The notes under the pieces were generated by a model. The model was not told the origin of the DNA and did no database searches. It saw nothing but the letters and a program-made list of their open reading frames with translations. A stretch of DNA of 64,000 nt from Antedon mediterranea (lineage: Eukaryota; Animalia; Echinodermata), in NCBI RefSeq assembly GCF_964355755.1, contig NC_092675.1, positions 10,039,812 through 10,103,811 on the forward strand. The letters run 5' to 3'. Positions 48,446 through 63,871 of the stretch are shown here, piece by piece (the first letter of the stretch is position 1; each line of letters begins with the position of its first letter). Both the position numbers and the translations under genes were made by a program.

Positions 48446-48813
48446 AAAACAACATCGATTCTGGAAGTGACATCGAAGAACCAAAGACAAAATTAGTCAG
48501 ATCTACCAAAAGTGCAGCTTCGCCGACATGCCGACAGAACCCATTCAGCTTTTTTACAGTTCCTGACCGAAATGTTAACTTCTTTGGTGGTAACATGTTC
48601 CACCCTCAGCAACCAGGCTTCCCTCGACCATTGCCGGGATTTTTTCTCCCACCCATGCCTGGCTTTCCCGCTGCAATGTCACCGGGAAAAGACGGAGTGC
48701 CTCCCACAACATTCCACCCTTACATGTCGGCTTTGCCTAGTGAGTTCCAACATACAAGTATTGAGAGTTTGAGGTTAAGAGCAAGACAGCATAGCGCCAC
48801 TATGGGTCTTTAA
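48446..48813 (+). CDS. Dmbx1: Dmbx coding exon 4 with C-terminal OAR motif
   Basis: tacag acceptor, in frame to TSIESLRLRARQHSATMGL*. Total CDS 1020 nt (339 aa). Confidence 0.95.
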
Positions 48814-50625
48814 TGCCATATTCTTTCATGTAATACAAAGCGTATGTCAAGTAAAAACGATTCATACAATATCTAAGCAAGTCTAAGAGAATTGCTTTCA
48901 TTGGCTTTTAATTTAAATCCGTTCTAAAGATACTTAAAATAATTATATAGATACTTTATTATACAGTTAAAAATATAATATGTTGACCAAAAGTAATGAA
49001 TTGTAATAATTATAAAGGTACCAAAGACATGTTCATTCCAAGCGGTTTAATGATATATGGCTTTATCATGTTAGAGATAATTTTGTGAATGTCGCTATGT
49101 GTTAATTAAGAAACTGTTACTACTGTATACAAACGTTATGTAACTATCAAAGTATTAAACTCTAAGTCCAATTTAACTCAGGAATAACGAAAGAGAAAAG
49201 TATTTTTTGAATTTTTTAACACAAATACTTAAAGCAAAGAAGGAAACACAAATCGCACAAAGTTTGGACCAATTACCTATATACGACGTATACAAATTTA
49301 AGTGTGAGTGCGCATTTGTGTTTTATTGTTTATTAATAACATTCATTGGGGTAAAAATAGCATAATTAACGTTATCACACAGGAACTATATGGGATGGTC
49401 GATTCCAAAAAAAGTGCAAATCCAGAATATGAGTTCATATTCAAATTATTGGCCTACACTTGCATGATTGTTGTTAACGTCGTGTCTTGTATCTTGCTAG
49501 TTTTAAAGAAATCTTGCTTTTATGTAGAAAATTGTATAGAATATTGTAAATAATGAAATAAAATAGGCCTATAACAGCCAACTCTTGAATATCTTTTTAT
49601 AGTTTTCATTGCATTCATTAATCTACATGTCTACGGTTAAAATCTAATGTTCTACTTAAATTTTTTTTAATGCTATGCATAAAGAAATACAACTTTTCAA
49701 AACTAATGGAAATCATGCATGAAACGTACATCAGATAAGAAGAACAGCAGTAGACAGATGAATCAAAGCTTACTGTAGTAGAACATTCCTGGCCTACTGT
49801 ACCAAGCACAGGCCATGATGAGTTAAAATTATATGGCCCGAAAATGTGTTTATATAGCCCGCTAATGTGCACTGGATGCATGATGGTGGACTTGGCCTAG
49901 AACATTTTTACAAAGTAAATAACTTCTTTCATATATAAATGCCCATATTGTGATACAAGATAATAATAATATGATATTTAAAACACAAAATACCTTTTTG
50001 GTTAAATTTTCGTTTAAAAAAATTTCATCTTGAGAAGCAGGTTGCCTAACATAGGAAATCATTAGGTTGACATTGATAGACTAGGCCTACGATATGGACA
50101 ATTTGTGGTCGTCATGTATTATATTCGCGGGAAACTAAATTTATGTTAAGGCCTCTTTCTTATTATTAAACAAGACGTATGTATGCAAATAAAACGACAC
50201 AATATGATTAATAAGAAACTATATTTTTTTCAAGCGGAATTGGGTAAAACATCAATGAATGCTTCATAGAAAACGATCGGTAATAAAAACACCATATTAG
50301 ACAATTACTTTATGGAGTAATTATACTGTACTGTGTACTGGATTGAATATATTTATGTATCTCCTGCATAAACTAATGATTAAACCAGATAGATGTACAT
50401 TAAATTAATGTTTACATTTCTTTGACTAAGCAAATCAAAGTGTGGTTAGAACTATTACATCACAACTGATGATGTACGCTTAGGCCCACTGAATGAAACG
50501 GAAGTAATGCACACGTTGACGAACACATCAATTGACTTAATGATTCAGTTTTGGTGTAAATTTTGAATTATAATACCGGAGTAGAGACATGGATAACATT
50601 ACCAAACTTCCGACACTAATACTAA

Positions 50626-50819
50626 AGCCTGTTTTCCTGTCGACGCTATCGTCGTTGATTGTTAACAGTTCAACGACGATCGTTTGAAAACGATCAAGTT
50701 GAAATGATAACGATAGCAAGTACCTTTTCCTGTAAATCGTTAAAATTTCAATGTTTACGTAGAAGATCGCCGATTATTGTCAACGATAGCGTCGACTAAC
50801 GTCGACAGGAAAACAGGCT
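50626..50819. mobile_element. PIF/Harbinger-type MITE
   Basis: Perfect 20-bp TIR AGCCTGTTTTCCTGTCGACG with TAA on both sides. Confidence 0.88.
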
Positions 50820-53800
50820 TAAAATTACAATGAAATTGAGAGTACATGTAATATTAACGGTGTTCTCCACTCTGGAAAACATCATCAGTGCAGTTTTACA
50901 ACAAGTCTAAATACTATATTATATGAATAATGTGATTTTATATTTACATAAAATATTTAGATAGAGTTTTTAACAGGTTATCCTGGTTGCTCCTGACAAG
51001 ATTGTATTGATGAGAAACATGCCGAATTTAAATATTATTATTAATTATTATTTATCATCGTCATTTTACTTCACACAATTTTCCCCAAGATTAGGTAAAT
51101 TTAAACTTTAGGCCATACTAGGGTTCAAGTGGGTATTAGGCTAAAATCAGATCAACTGCCCCTCAGCGTATGTTCTGCGATTTCGTTAGTAATCCCAGGT
51201 ATACTTTGTCGAAAAGAATTTGTGCTTGTAATATTATTTACGGTTGATGTCAACAACCTTACAAAAACCTAATAGTCATTCTTAAAATCTTAGTTAAAGT
51301 TAACGACCTTTCTGAAAATAAAATCTGAATTTAAATGAAAACAATTTTTATATTTATTTATTTAATTTGCATAGATATTTAAATTATTGTATATGATTTA
51401 TCTGCTCTAATATTTTAGCATTGTCCAGTTTTCTTTTGTCTATTTAGTATAGAATTTTATAGACGGTTATTTTAAAAAATTAAAACCTTTAGAGGTAAAA
51501 TGTTGCTTAGTGTATTTATTGTATTATTTAATTATTATCTAAAATTAAACATTTATTGTTGAAAGTGAAGAATGATTTATTCTGCCAATTTTAATCAACA
51601 TTCAATTTACAGGTTTTGTTTCAGAACTATAAAATGCAAAAACAAAATTTTAAACTGTAGGCCTATATGAATATTGATTGTTAGAATCCAAAGTAATTTA
51701 AGTGGAGAGAAACATTATATCAACAGATAATTCCTGCTCCTCTCTCCATGAAGGTTGTCACATAATTCTTTGTATTTCATTCTCTTTTTTTTTATTGTAT
51801 TTAGGCCTATACGTTTCATATGGACAGTTTGTCTGAAATAAAGTTGATGAATTTAAATTTATATTAAAATGTTATAATAATAGAATGAATAACCTTAGAA
51901 ACCATATTTCTATGTCTACTTGTAATTTATAAGCTTATAATTATATTTTTAAAAGTTGTCAATCATATTTCGTTAAAAGCATCACTGTTTACCACTTTAA
52001 TACTCTAAGATTAAGATTGGATTAATTAAAATAAATTTGCTTGGGGAAATCGAGAGCCATATGTAGAATTGGATAGCACACAATGACTCAAATTGAATTG
52101 GGTTCTCACTAACGACACCAACAATACCCCATCCTTATTTATACACCCTTAGGTCTTAATACATGTGAGAAAAGCAGAAATGGTAACAGAAATTCCCCAT
52201 GAATTAAAAGTTGTGTGCGTTAAAACTGGAATTTATATCGTGTTACATTTTGGAGGGTATGTACATATCCCGGGCTATTGTTAGATATTCACTTGAGAAG
52301 TTAAATAGATATTAATACGTATTTCAGAATTTAACTTCGTTGTTCGTCTTGGATAATAAGTTATTTACGGTTAAACAAGAATGGTTTTATTCACAAAGCG
52401 CATCTGTCCCCAGTGGACTCGATGAACGACCTGATGTTGAGAGTAAGGTCTCCGGGGTGAGCATTGCATTGTTGGGAACGGTCCCATAAAGGGTTTAACT
52501 CATATCGTATGATTATATTTTCTTGAATCCGACAAAAGATCTGCTATAACAATCTATAGATGCTAATTTTGTTCCCCGTGTTTGTGATCTTTTCAAAGAT
52601 AATAAGACAGGGTATTATATCGGATAACACGCATTACAGCTATACTGTATGGTTATAACAATTTTTGAAAGAAAAAAAATAAAAGTTTTACTCGTACTTA
52701 TTCGAATTTTCTAGCAGGTAAAATTAGTGGTTCATTCCATTGAATGTTGTTATATTGAAGTATAATAATGCGTGTACTATGAAGGCACCAAGCGTCAAGA
52801 CTATACAAACAAGCCACGATTCTAATATTATTACCACTGATTATTACTAAGATGATAATAGGCAGGAACTAATTAGACCGGTACTTTTTTCAATTTATGC
52901 TATTGTTTAATTCTTAGATGTTTTCCTGTCGCTTGTAAAGGGGTCAATCACCAGTTATTTAAGGAAGGAAGGTATTTTGAAGGACAAACATTCATAATTG
53001 TACATAACACTACCACTTTGAACCTCATGACGTTAAGAAACCATGTGGATTAAAAAAGTAAAATGCATTTTTGAATTATTGGAATTTATAAATACATTTA
53101 TACATTAAAAAAAAATCTTTGCGCAAAGGAAATGTTCTCTTCTATTGGTGTACTACAAGCTATATGTTTATTATATGTACACACAAATAAGTATATTACA
53201 GATCGTATTCATAAAGTTAAAATAGGATGATAATGTATAATAACTACTTCAAAGTATAGCTGCTTTCAGTAGTTCAGTGATACATATTTTCGTAATAGTA
53301 GAGCCAATTAAAAAGAAATATTTATCTTTAACATTACTTTTTAATGAGAAAACTATATAAATAAACGTTGGTCTCAAAAAAAAAGAATAACAAATTAGTA
53401 TTATTATTTATATAATTAACGTAATTATTTAAATTGTTACCTCTTATAAGATTTGCATACCATTGTTATTATGTTTTTAAAAAAAATAAATAATGCACGT
53501 TTTATGCCTGCCGTTACCTTATAATGATACATCAAGTAAATATGAATTGGTTGTCATTGGTATTTACATTATCCACCCACTCTCACTTTTCAACAACATG
53601 TTATGTATCAACATAACTTTCAATTTGACATTTAGAATTCTATAATAACCAAAGGCGTGTCCGTTTTTATTATTATTTTCGTTGCCAATAGCAACCAGAG
53701 AATGGCCGGGCTATTTAAAACACGTCAGCCCATCGCTGTCGTCGCAACAACTTCAACACAACAATATAATTCATGTTTTTCATTATTATGTGCTGCTGCA

Positions 53801-54539
53801 GTACATGAAAATAAGTAGTACATTACAACCCCTCTTTTGGGACACCTCTTTTGAGGGGACATACCTATTTACACCTTAGGTACCGAAGATGGTATACGTA
53901 ATGACAATGAAGGTCAATCATTTTAACCATTTTCAATTTCCTGATTTTCTATTGTGTAAAATCTGAATGAACACATTATTTCAGCCATATTATTTCTTTC
54001 ATTTTCTAATTTTTATGTGCATATTCTTGTAAGTTAAAGAAACGAGTAGGTCTATACAAATTGTGCATAAGAGGGTTATAGCCTATACATGAATATAGAT
54101 TCCATTCTGTATCTCAAATATAAATTCAGTCCTCGTAAAATGTTGTACTTTAAATTTAATCTTAGTACCTGTCAGCTTAACGGGTTAATCCAGCGTTAAG
54201 CCAACTGTTGACTATGCATCTTTGACCAAGCACTACCAACTAAGTCTGTTTGCTGATCTAATGGGAAAAGGGCAAACAGTAAATATTTGGATACCTCACT
54301 AATAATAATTAATCATACATCTATAAAGACAAGCAATTATAATAAAAGACATTGACACTTTATCTGGGTTAGAATCTGATTGATTGACCAATTATGAGTA
54401 TGATTGACATTTTGGATTGAGTAGTCAAGTGAGTAGCGTTTGATCGTACAAGTTTAGTACGGTATTATTTTGTAAATCCTTATTGCTTCCGGTCGTGTAT
54501 CAGGGAAAACTTGGTAGACATGCGCTATGATCTTCTTTG

Positions 54540-55801
54540 AAAATAGACATCTTTTTTTTTCTCTTTTGTGGCGCAAAAACACTTTTATTCACATTCATAT
54601 TATCTCATATTACATAAAATCGTATTATTTAACTTGTAACATTTTTACATATATGAATTCTGTATTACTCCTTTTTTCATTAATTTTCTTATATTTTGTT
54701 ATACACTTGACAGGATCATCATTATCACCTATCCCGTTTTAAAATAGTTCACACATTTTCATTTGTTTGTTTTCATTTTACAACCCGGATTATACAATAT
54801 ATTTATATACATGATAAAAAAAACAATAATAGCTCAGTACCACCAGTAACCCGTATCACTGTAATTCTTTTTCGGTTAATCGTATCACATTAGAATTATA
54901 TTATCATAATCTTATTTCTTAAAGCTACCCATTTTTCTATACTTGTTTCTTTATTGTTATATGTTTCACATTCAATGTTATATAACATATTGCTTTTAAA
55001 TGAATTCCATAAAGATTTACCCACTGGCTTATTTAGTGCAGATAACATTTTTATTCTATAAATAGTAAATGCTGCAAAAGTGTAAATATAATCTATTAGC
55101 TTATCTCCCGTTCCTAGTATTAATTGTTTAAATGATATATTATTGTGATTTAAACTTACAAAGATACTAAGCATTTTCCTCCAATATTTCTGAATAAATC
55201 TACAACTAAAAAACAAATGATTTTCATTTTCAATTTCTCCACATTTGTCACACGTTTGTGTTTCCTTAACTTTCCACTGATACAGCCGTTTGTTGGTAGG
55301 CAGTATTCTATGTAACATCTTATAATTGAATTGTGCTAATTTCTTATCTTTCATTTTACATACTTTCCGTAACCAAGAAGTTTTCCAATCAATGTTGTTA
55401 TCATTGAAGTACTCTTCCCATTTTAGTTGTGACATTGGAATAATTAAATATTCTTTCACAAACCATGAGTATATTAGTTTGGTAGTATTAATCTCATACT
55501 TGGTCCCAACTAATTCATCATTATCATCAAAATTGAAAATATCTACCTCCTTAATAATACGTTTCCATTGAATTGGTATTGCCTTAATAATGCACAAATA
55601 CTCATTTAACCAGTTTGTTTTACATTGTAGTTTCACCAGTATTTCGTTTGATGTTAAAAAAGTGTTCTTATTAACAATGTCTTTAATACTGATAATGCCA
55701 CTGTCAATCCAATGCTTGTAGAAAAGCGATTTTTTTTTTATTTTTTAGTTTAACGTAGTGGTTTCCCCACATTTGTCACACGTTTGTGTTTCCTTAACTT
55801 T
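54540..55801 (-). mobile_element. 3' fragment of a Tx1/L1-type LINE (zf-RVT region plus 3' UTR)
   Basis: ORF 54896-55636 contains FNYKMLHRILPTN..L..W....C..CG..E...HLFFSC...W, and upstream WGNH..W...GI..IKDI. The 3' boundary is approximate. Confidence 0.85.
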
Positions 55802-58269
55802 AACCAAATAGACATCTTATATGAAATATTATCATAATAAATTTAACCAGAGTAAAAAACTTACTTTAAGCACACTTGATTCAAAGTTTCCATCTTTATT
55901 GGACGATTCCAAATCATCTTAATCATCATATATATTTTTAAAATCAATATCTATCCTCAATATCATTTCCCTCATTTTGTATTGCATATAACTGTTTTAT
56001 CATTTTAAGAGTTGCTTATATTGGATAAGTGTAATTCCTATAAAAGACTTTCACTACACCTATTGAAAAATATATGTTCTTTCATATAAAAGGCATTAAA
56101 ACTTAGAGCTTTATATAATTATAATTGTTGAATTGAATGCACAACCTTGTATAGAATTTCAATAGCGAAACAAAGCAAACTAAGCCTATTAATTCGACGG
56201 ACGATTTAGTTTGATTGTATTTTGCCTTACATTAGTGTAATCATAACAGTTAAGCTGTGATTGTTTAAGATTTCAGAGTAAATTTTGAAAGAAGTGAATA
56301 AACTAAAATGAAAGCAGAAAGAAGAATCTAATATCCCGAGGGTCTATGGTAAACCCTACTTTAAGGCACTTGATGTGAACGACCTGGACAGGGGTATGGA
56401 TACTTGAAATTGTTCGGTTAGCTAGGTTTAAATCCATCAAAGTGTACTAAAAAGGGTGCTAACCACAACGTTATTTTAAAGCTATGGTAAAACGACCATT
56501 ATAGTTATTTTTAAGCTAACGTAAAACACCAATATATAGTAGGCTTTGTTCAGTTAGTGCCATAGTTTGTTTTTGTTTATATAACGATTGGAGAAAATGA
56601 TGCGCAACATTTATAACAGGATAATGAATGAATAAAAAATCAATCAGATACTTTGTTGCTTTACATTGCCAACACATACCTGACCATTTGATACAAAAAC
56701 CAAATGCTGTTTTAAATATATATTTATGTTAAATTTATTTTGAGAACAAAACAAGGGTTCCACCTCGATAATCCGAACGTACTTTTAGGCCTAACAATAG
56801 GTAAAGTACTTTAGTAGGCCTACGCCCAACCACGGTGTGGTTTAAAATGTAGGTCCTTTTAGTTAAGTTCATACCACAATTGTATAATAAGTGTGATTAG
56901 ATTAATCAGTACCACAATGTATTTACAAATCACGACACCTCTTCAAACAAATACATATACTCTACAATAATCTTATGCTGTACTTTTTATTACGATTAAA
57001 TTTACTTAATTTATGCACACTTATACGGAGTACGTGACTTTGGACTTATTGTATCCCTGTTAACCAAATAGAGTTGGTATTTATTTTTTAACAACAATAA
57101 TAATAGATTATCGATATAAATTCATCCTCATAGTCATCATCGCCATCATGTGATAATTTTAAAACATCAATATACCTTATCGAAACTTTGTATATGTGGT
57201 ATTATTTATAGACACTATCAGGACATCATAATGCATACCGTAATGTGTACTAGAGTATACATGTCAATCAATTAATTTATTTATAAATCAATTGTCTATC
57301 GATCAATCGTTTTAATTTTAAATCATTCCAACGATCGATCAAATAGAAAATTATTTGAAAAATGTTCAATGATGAGTTTTAATGTGTAAATGCAGATTGT
57401 TCTAGAGCCTAGATTCAAACAGTAGTGAAATTCCAATCTTTCTTCTCAGTTATGTTTTTTCCTTGGAAGAACATTTGGTAACTTTTGAAAATATGACTTA
57501 GTTTAAGCAACTCACTACTCTAAACTAAGGTATCTACAACACCAAAAACTGACTTTTAGAGATTGAAAGCCGAGGTCTCCGCAAATCTGCCGTGTTGTAT
57601 TGACACTATACTGTAATCAGTTCTTCGTCTTACATCGATCAAAGGTGATCGACGGGTCTAATTTTTGTCATTTGTTTAATTACGTTTGCAACGTCAAATT
57701 AAATTCAAATCTATTTCGACTTTAGGCAAATGTTATTCTTCAATTTAACAGCAATAAGTTGTTTCTATACATAGTTTAAACTGGTAGCAGATCAATAAGG
57801 GTTATTTAAGGACATGTCAATTTCTTGTTATGCCTTGGTTAGACTAATTTTCTGCCTTTTCAATTCTTTTGTCAACAAATCGCATTTCTTCATAAAAATA
57901 TGGGTTATCTTTCTTGCCTTAAGCACGGTCCAGTATATTAGGCCGTTAGACAAATCGTTATTGTATTACTTTAATAGGAGGATTATAGCAATACGAATCC
58001 AATAATATTCTAGACTTAACACATTTGATTCGTTAAAGGGACTGTGGATATTTCGTGGTATACAAATCACAAACAATATCAGAGGACGCGAGGTGGCAGT
58101 AAATGGTGAATTGTGAAAAGTATATTTGAAAAAAATTATATATTATATTTTTTAAAGAAATGTTACGTCGGTTAGTAAATATGACATATTCGAATTGATT
58201 TCAAATTTTGTATTCCAATTGTTAATATTATGTTCTATTTAGTAAAATAAATCTTACCAAATCAAATCA

Positions 58270-58493
58270 AGTTGCAGGCGCAAATATATGGAACAGTTTA
58301 CCATTTAATATTAAATCGGCACCAACAATTACGTCCTTTAAGGCTAGATACAAATCTCATTTCTTTTCATAAACACTGTATTATATTTAATTAAGTTTCT
58401 CTTTTGTATATTTTGATTAAGACAGGACCACAATGTAAAACTGTTATCTGATTGTTTTATCCTGTATAAATATATTATTTATTATTATTATTA
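58270..58493 (+). mobile_element. Short 3' end of a CR1/L2-type LINE
   Basis: IWNSLPFNIKSAPTITSFKARYKSHF followed by a tail ending in (ATT)n. The same tail appears reversed at about 40573-40677. Confidence 0.65.
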
Positions 58494-61400
58494 AATCAAA
58501 TCACATACCGACGATTTATATCACAAACTAATAAACACATTCACAAAAAGGAATGAAACAGATTAAACATAGAACACTTGCTGTTTCGAACAAAATGACG
58601 GAATACCGACAATTTATCCTATCCTACCGAAAATAAGATGTAAAAAGATGTTAATTTTCTAAATATCACTTGATGTTGCCTCTTTAATAGCTTGTGGCAG
58701 ATAATTCCAAAGACGAGAAGACGAAATTGTTTGAAACATTAAATTTATTTTGCATAGATGATCTTAATGACCAGGAAGCTCATTAATGTAGGATGGCGAA
58801 GTTGAGTTCAAACTTTTGTAAGTATAGAGTCAGCAGAATCTTGAAACTAATTTTTTCTCGGCCAGTGCAGAGAAAAAAAAACAATAGAGAATGCAATTAC
58901 CTTAGTAATAATAATTAGCCATGTACACTTGTTGTTTCGGGAAAATTATAGAATATACCAGTTCACTGACATTTTATTCTTATTATTATTATTATTATTA
59001 TTAATTTTAATATTTGAATTTTTTGCAATTGGAATTCATACAATATAATACTATGCTATAAAGCATTAAATCACAAAACTCAATAAACACATCGACAAAT
59101 CAAATATTGTACAAAAGAATTGACGAGGAACACTTGCTGTTTCGAAAAATGTTTCTATTGTATTGCGCTAAAATGTAATCCTATTTTATAATTCTTCTAA
59201 TACTCCATCCAATAAACGCGTATTTAATTGTAATAATTATGTTGATATGCCACAGGTAATAAACTATGACTAATCATAGATTCTATACCTTAAGGTAAGG
59301 GTTTGTACCTCAATAACTCTCGTATTATCCAGTTTCATAAAGCTTATTACACATTATCATTCAAGCGACTGTAAGCTAAATTTCTAAGTGCAAAGTCAGT
59401 AACCCTAAAACGAAATAAGTACAATATAATAGTAAATTATATATAGATATGTAGTTAACGGGTGGTGGTTGACCCCCAGTGATGCATTACAACTAAAACA
59501 TAAACAAGCATTCAATTAAATTATGTTAGTGGACCAAATAGTATGATATAGGCTATTATTTAATGTATAAATTATCATATAAGACGACTTACGGCAAAAT
59601 AAAATAAATAGTAATATATAAAATAGATCAAAACGTTTTCATCTTAAAGAAAAATCTCAATTAGATAGTTACTATGGATACACAATTTTTAAAATCATGA
59701 TATATGTCGATGTACTCTTTAAAAATCACCACCTGTTAATACGATCGATAAAAAGGTTTTGTGTATTTTAGTTTATTCTATAGAAACCTGTGAAAATAAG
59801 CGGATTTTAACGTTGAACGTCAAAAGAGCCACCGGCTTGCCTAAATGTATATTGTTAGGTGGTTACGTGGGCTATTATTGTATGCCATACCGGTAGTGTA
59901 ATGAACTATAATTATATAGGGCAGACAAATTGAGAAACAGGTCGTGAACTAGAGTAAACCTAGATTGTCTGATTAAGATTTGTTGTGTTGTTTTATCTAT
60001 TCTCTATACTTAATAAATATTCTAACACCTGCGTCATAAAGATTTATGTTTAGATTTAAAATATTTCATAAAGATTTTGTGGAATGAAATGATTATGTAA
60101 TTGTGATTTGTAATCGAATCCACTAAAAACCTCCTAAAGAAGAAAGCCGCCAAATAATACTGGTATGCAACAAAAATGTTTTACATCTATTAGACAACAC
60201 CATTGGTAATGTATCTGTTTAACCATTGGCCATTAATTGCACACTCATCTACTTTGTTATATAATTGAAAATACTTGGCTTATTTATCACTATTTTTGCT
60301 TAATTCAAGATACTTTAGTTAAAAAGTGCTTATAGTTAAAATGTTGAAGAACTTTGTCATCAAGAATTTAAAAAGAAATATATGTAAAAAAGTTATTTCA
60401 AAAACTGATTTAAGCAAAATGCATCGTCCTATTTAAGAAAAATGATGTAGGGCCTACCTAATTATTGGGTTTATTTTGAAAATCAATAAAATCAGTGATT
60501 TATATAAACAAAGTTAAGATGATTTTTTCTCTAAGCACGTTTGATAAATCTGGTCACGGTAATTAAAGATAATTGTCCCTTTGATTAATATGTAATTTTA
60601 ATGTCACATAATTATTGTTCATTTTGACCAAAAATTGGATCTTAAAAAAAATATTATTTACCTGATAAAAATATAATTTAAAGCAAAAAAACATTGTCTA
60701 CCAGCCAATGGGTTTTTAGTTGAATTTAACCTTTTATTGTGTCTTTTTACAAGTGAAACATTTTTTTTAAATTTTGTTTCTACGGAAGTGATTAACTTTA
60801 TTAAAACTGCGAAATGGTCTATTCACATTTTTTAGTAATCTTAATTTGTCAAGGTTTTGGATGAAAATACATCTTAAACGATTAATTTTGTCATTTTATG
60901 AGTGAAAACATTTGCATTTTTTGCCCCTTTTCCCCAACGGAAGTGATTAAATTCTGATTTTATTAATCTTCATTTTTCATGTATTTGGAGATCATACATC
61001 CATCATGATACATCTTTAATAAAAAGATCAGATCGAAATAGAAAGTGTAGGCCTATCTATCATAAACAAATAATTTACATTTACATAATTTATTTCAATG
61101 TTAGTATTGTGAATTTGACTGCAACTCTCAAGGAACCCAGGGTCATTGTGATTGCAAATTTCCTGCAAATCTGTTGCAATTTTGTTTTCAAAAACTCTCA
61201 TCTCGAAAATGAATAAGCTCTCTTTTTGTAAAAATTACAAACGTTTGCAAGGTATCCGTCGATTACTTACACCTTACTAACTAACTTAAATGAAATCTTG
61301 CATGGATTGACTTAAATAATAGGCATAAAGCCTTGTGTCAATTATTCTTTTTCAATCGGTTCATCATAATAGGCCTATCGGCTCAATCGACTACCTCTTG

Positions 61401-63412
61401 TTTTCTATTATCAAACCTGTCTCTAACAAGTTGATAATCAAACTTTATATTTTCACAAATTACAATCATCGCTTCGTTGTCATACTTGATGTTCGACTCT
61501 GAATAGCCAGTGAAACATAACACCAAATCCGATTTTCACAGAATATTCGATAAAAGAAAATACGCTAAAGAAAATTTCTATTTCAATCAAAGACATGAAT
61601 GAAACATGCGGATATTTATTATTATTATAAAATATGGTGCAGTATCAGAATTATCAGTTGTCACTATAAGTAGAAAACGGCCATTTTGATATTATCGATT
61701 GCTTCATTATGTGTACACTCTTTTGTTTGTGTTTGATGGCTATTAATGTTTTTGAAAATGATGTGAAATAAGTAAATAGAAGATGATGTTGCCGGTTGTC
61801 GAGAACAGTATCAGTTGTAAATTGGTAAAATAACTACAACATTTCTAAAACCAGGTATGTTCAATAATGATAATAAGACAAAATGAAGGAAACTTATAAT
61901 AATAATATCAAACGTTCATTATTATCACCATCATTAGGCCTACTGACTTTTATAAAGTCTATGCAAGGCAATCTAACAACAGGAAGCTGAGCTCCGGAGA
62001 TCAAAGGGCTTATGCCCTCAATTTGATGTTGTTATATTTCCTTGGTCTATGTATGTAAACCTAATCTTTATATTAGATACGAAACAATTGAAAATATATG
62101 TCGACATATATCATTCACTGAGATCAATATGTGTTCCATATGACTATCATATTGATTGACACAGATATTTCGATATGAGATTTTGTAAATAATCCCCTCT
62201 TTGCTTCCATTTTTTGTGAATACATGTAAACCTGTCCAGACTGTGACATGTGTTATAATTGTTGAACTGTTTGTCTGCAATCAGTTATTAGCAAACAATT
62301 GGGTTAGATTTTTTAATAAAGTCATTTAATATGACTGATGTCGGTACATCATGTTTAAACCTTCACTGATCACGTATAAAAGATTTCAACTGTTAACAAT
62401 AGAGGGAGGATTTTCTGTCAATATCTTTCGATCCACTCGAGACTGAGACGCTCCAAAGCGTTTCCATCGATAAAAATCAAATTCTAGAACAAAATTTGGA
62501 ACACAGTCAAAACGAAACCACTAGTAATCGTACTAAATGATACTAGTTTGTTTGGAATACTCAACGTTTTTATATCGATGGTATCACAGTAGTAATATTA
62601 TAGCTTGATACGAAGTTAACTGTGTTTAACTTAATTTAAATCTCATTCAACAAGTATTTGAGTGATAATAACAGAAAACAACGACACTCTAATCAATGTG
62701 ATTCCGGATATGAAAGTGATGCTCTGTATTATAGTATGGATAATTGTCGACAATGAAATGGGGTTATGTTTGATAGTCAAGGATAATTATGATATTAGCA
62801 AAGGTTATTTGTCCGTAACCTAAAACTGTCATGGATATGACTTGCTAACGTACATCAAAGAGAGGAGTTTGATTATGAAATAAGAATTGTTTGAGCTGTG
62901 ATTGGTAATTCGAACACAATGAATAGACTCAACTAAAGCAATTAAATGATGATTAAAATTACAGATTAATGCAAACATTGATCTTTTTAAACTTAGTGCA
63001 ACGCATCTAAAGGACGATGTAAATACACTGATAATACCTTTGATAACAATAAAGGGCGCCGCCAGCGTAGTAACTACAATGATTAACAGTATATATATTC
63101 ATTATAAATGTTTTCCTTCAACTGATCTCTTTTCTTTTCAAATCTTATTTATTTATACCTTTCGTATTAACCAAAATTATATGCACCTAGAAAATGCAAA
63201 TTGAAGAAATTCCATACGTCAAAAAATGAGAAGTATGGAGAAAGAAAACGCAAGAAATACATATATAATTACATAAAAAAGATTCAAAGTAAGTTATTAA
63301 TAAGTTTTGGTTAATTGTATGGAAATTTCATTCCTGATGTCAAAAATAGTGAATTCCAGCACGATTGCGTATATTACTTTGTTTGGAGTTTGTATATGAT
63401 AACTATAATACA

Positions 63413-63871
63413 GTACTACAGTATGTAGATCAGTATTGAATACTGACTTTTTTGTATATTAGTCCTATAACTATACTACTGTATGTAGATCAGTATTGAA
63501 TACTGACTTTTTTGTATATTAGTCCTATAACTATACTACTGTATGTAGATCAGTATCGAATACTGACTTTTTTGTATATTAGTCCTATAACTATACTACT
63601 GTATGTAGATCAGTATCGAATACTGACTTTTTTGTATATTAGTCCTATAACTATACTACTGTATGTAGATCATTATTGAATACTGACTTTTTTGTATATT
63701 AGTCCTATAACTATACTACTGTATGTAGATCAGTATCGAATACTGACTTTTTTGTATATTAGTCCTATAACTATACTACTGTATGTAGATCATTATTGAA
63801 TACTGACTTTTTTGTATATTAGTCCTATAACTATACTACAGTATGTAGATCAGTATCGAATACTGACTTTT
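63413..63871. repeat. 60-bp minisatellite, about 7.5 copies
   Basis: GTATGTAGATCAGTATYGAATACTGACTTTTTGTATATTAGTCCTATAACTATACTACT repeats in exact register. Confidence 0.98.

Noticed and set aside
49300-63400. Short ORFs downstream of Dmbx
   Set aside because: AT-rich chance ORFs with no domains or consistent splice pattern. Only TE fragments were recognised.
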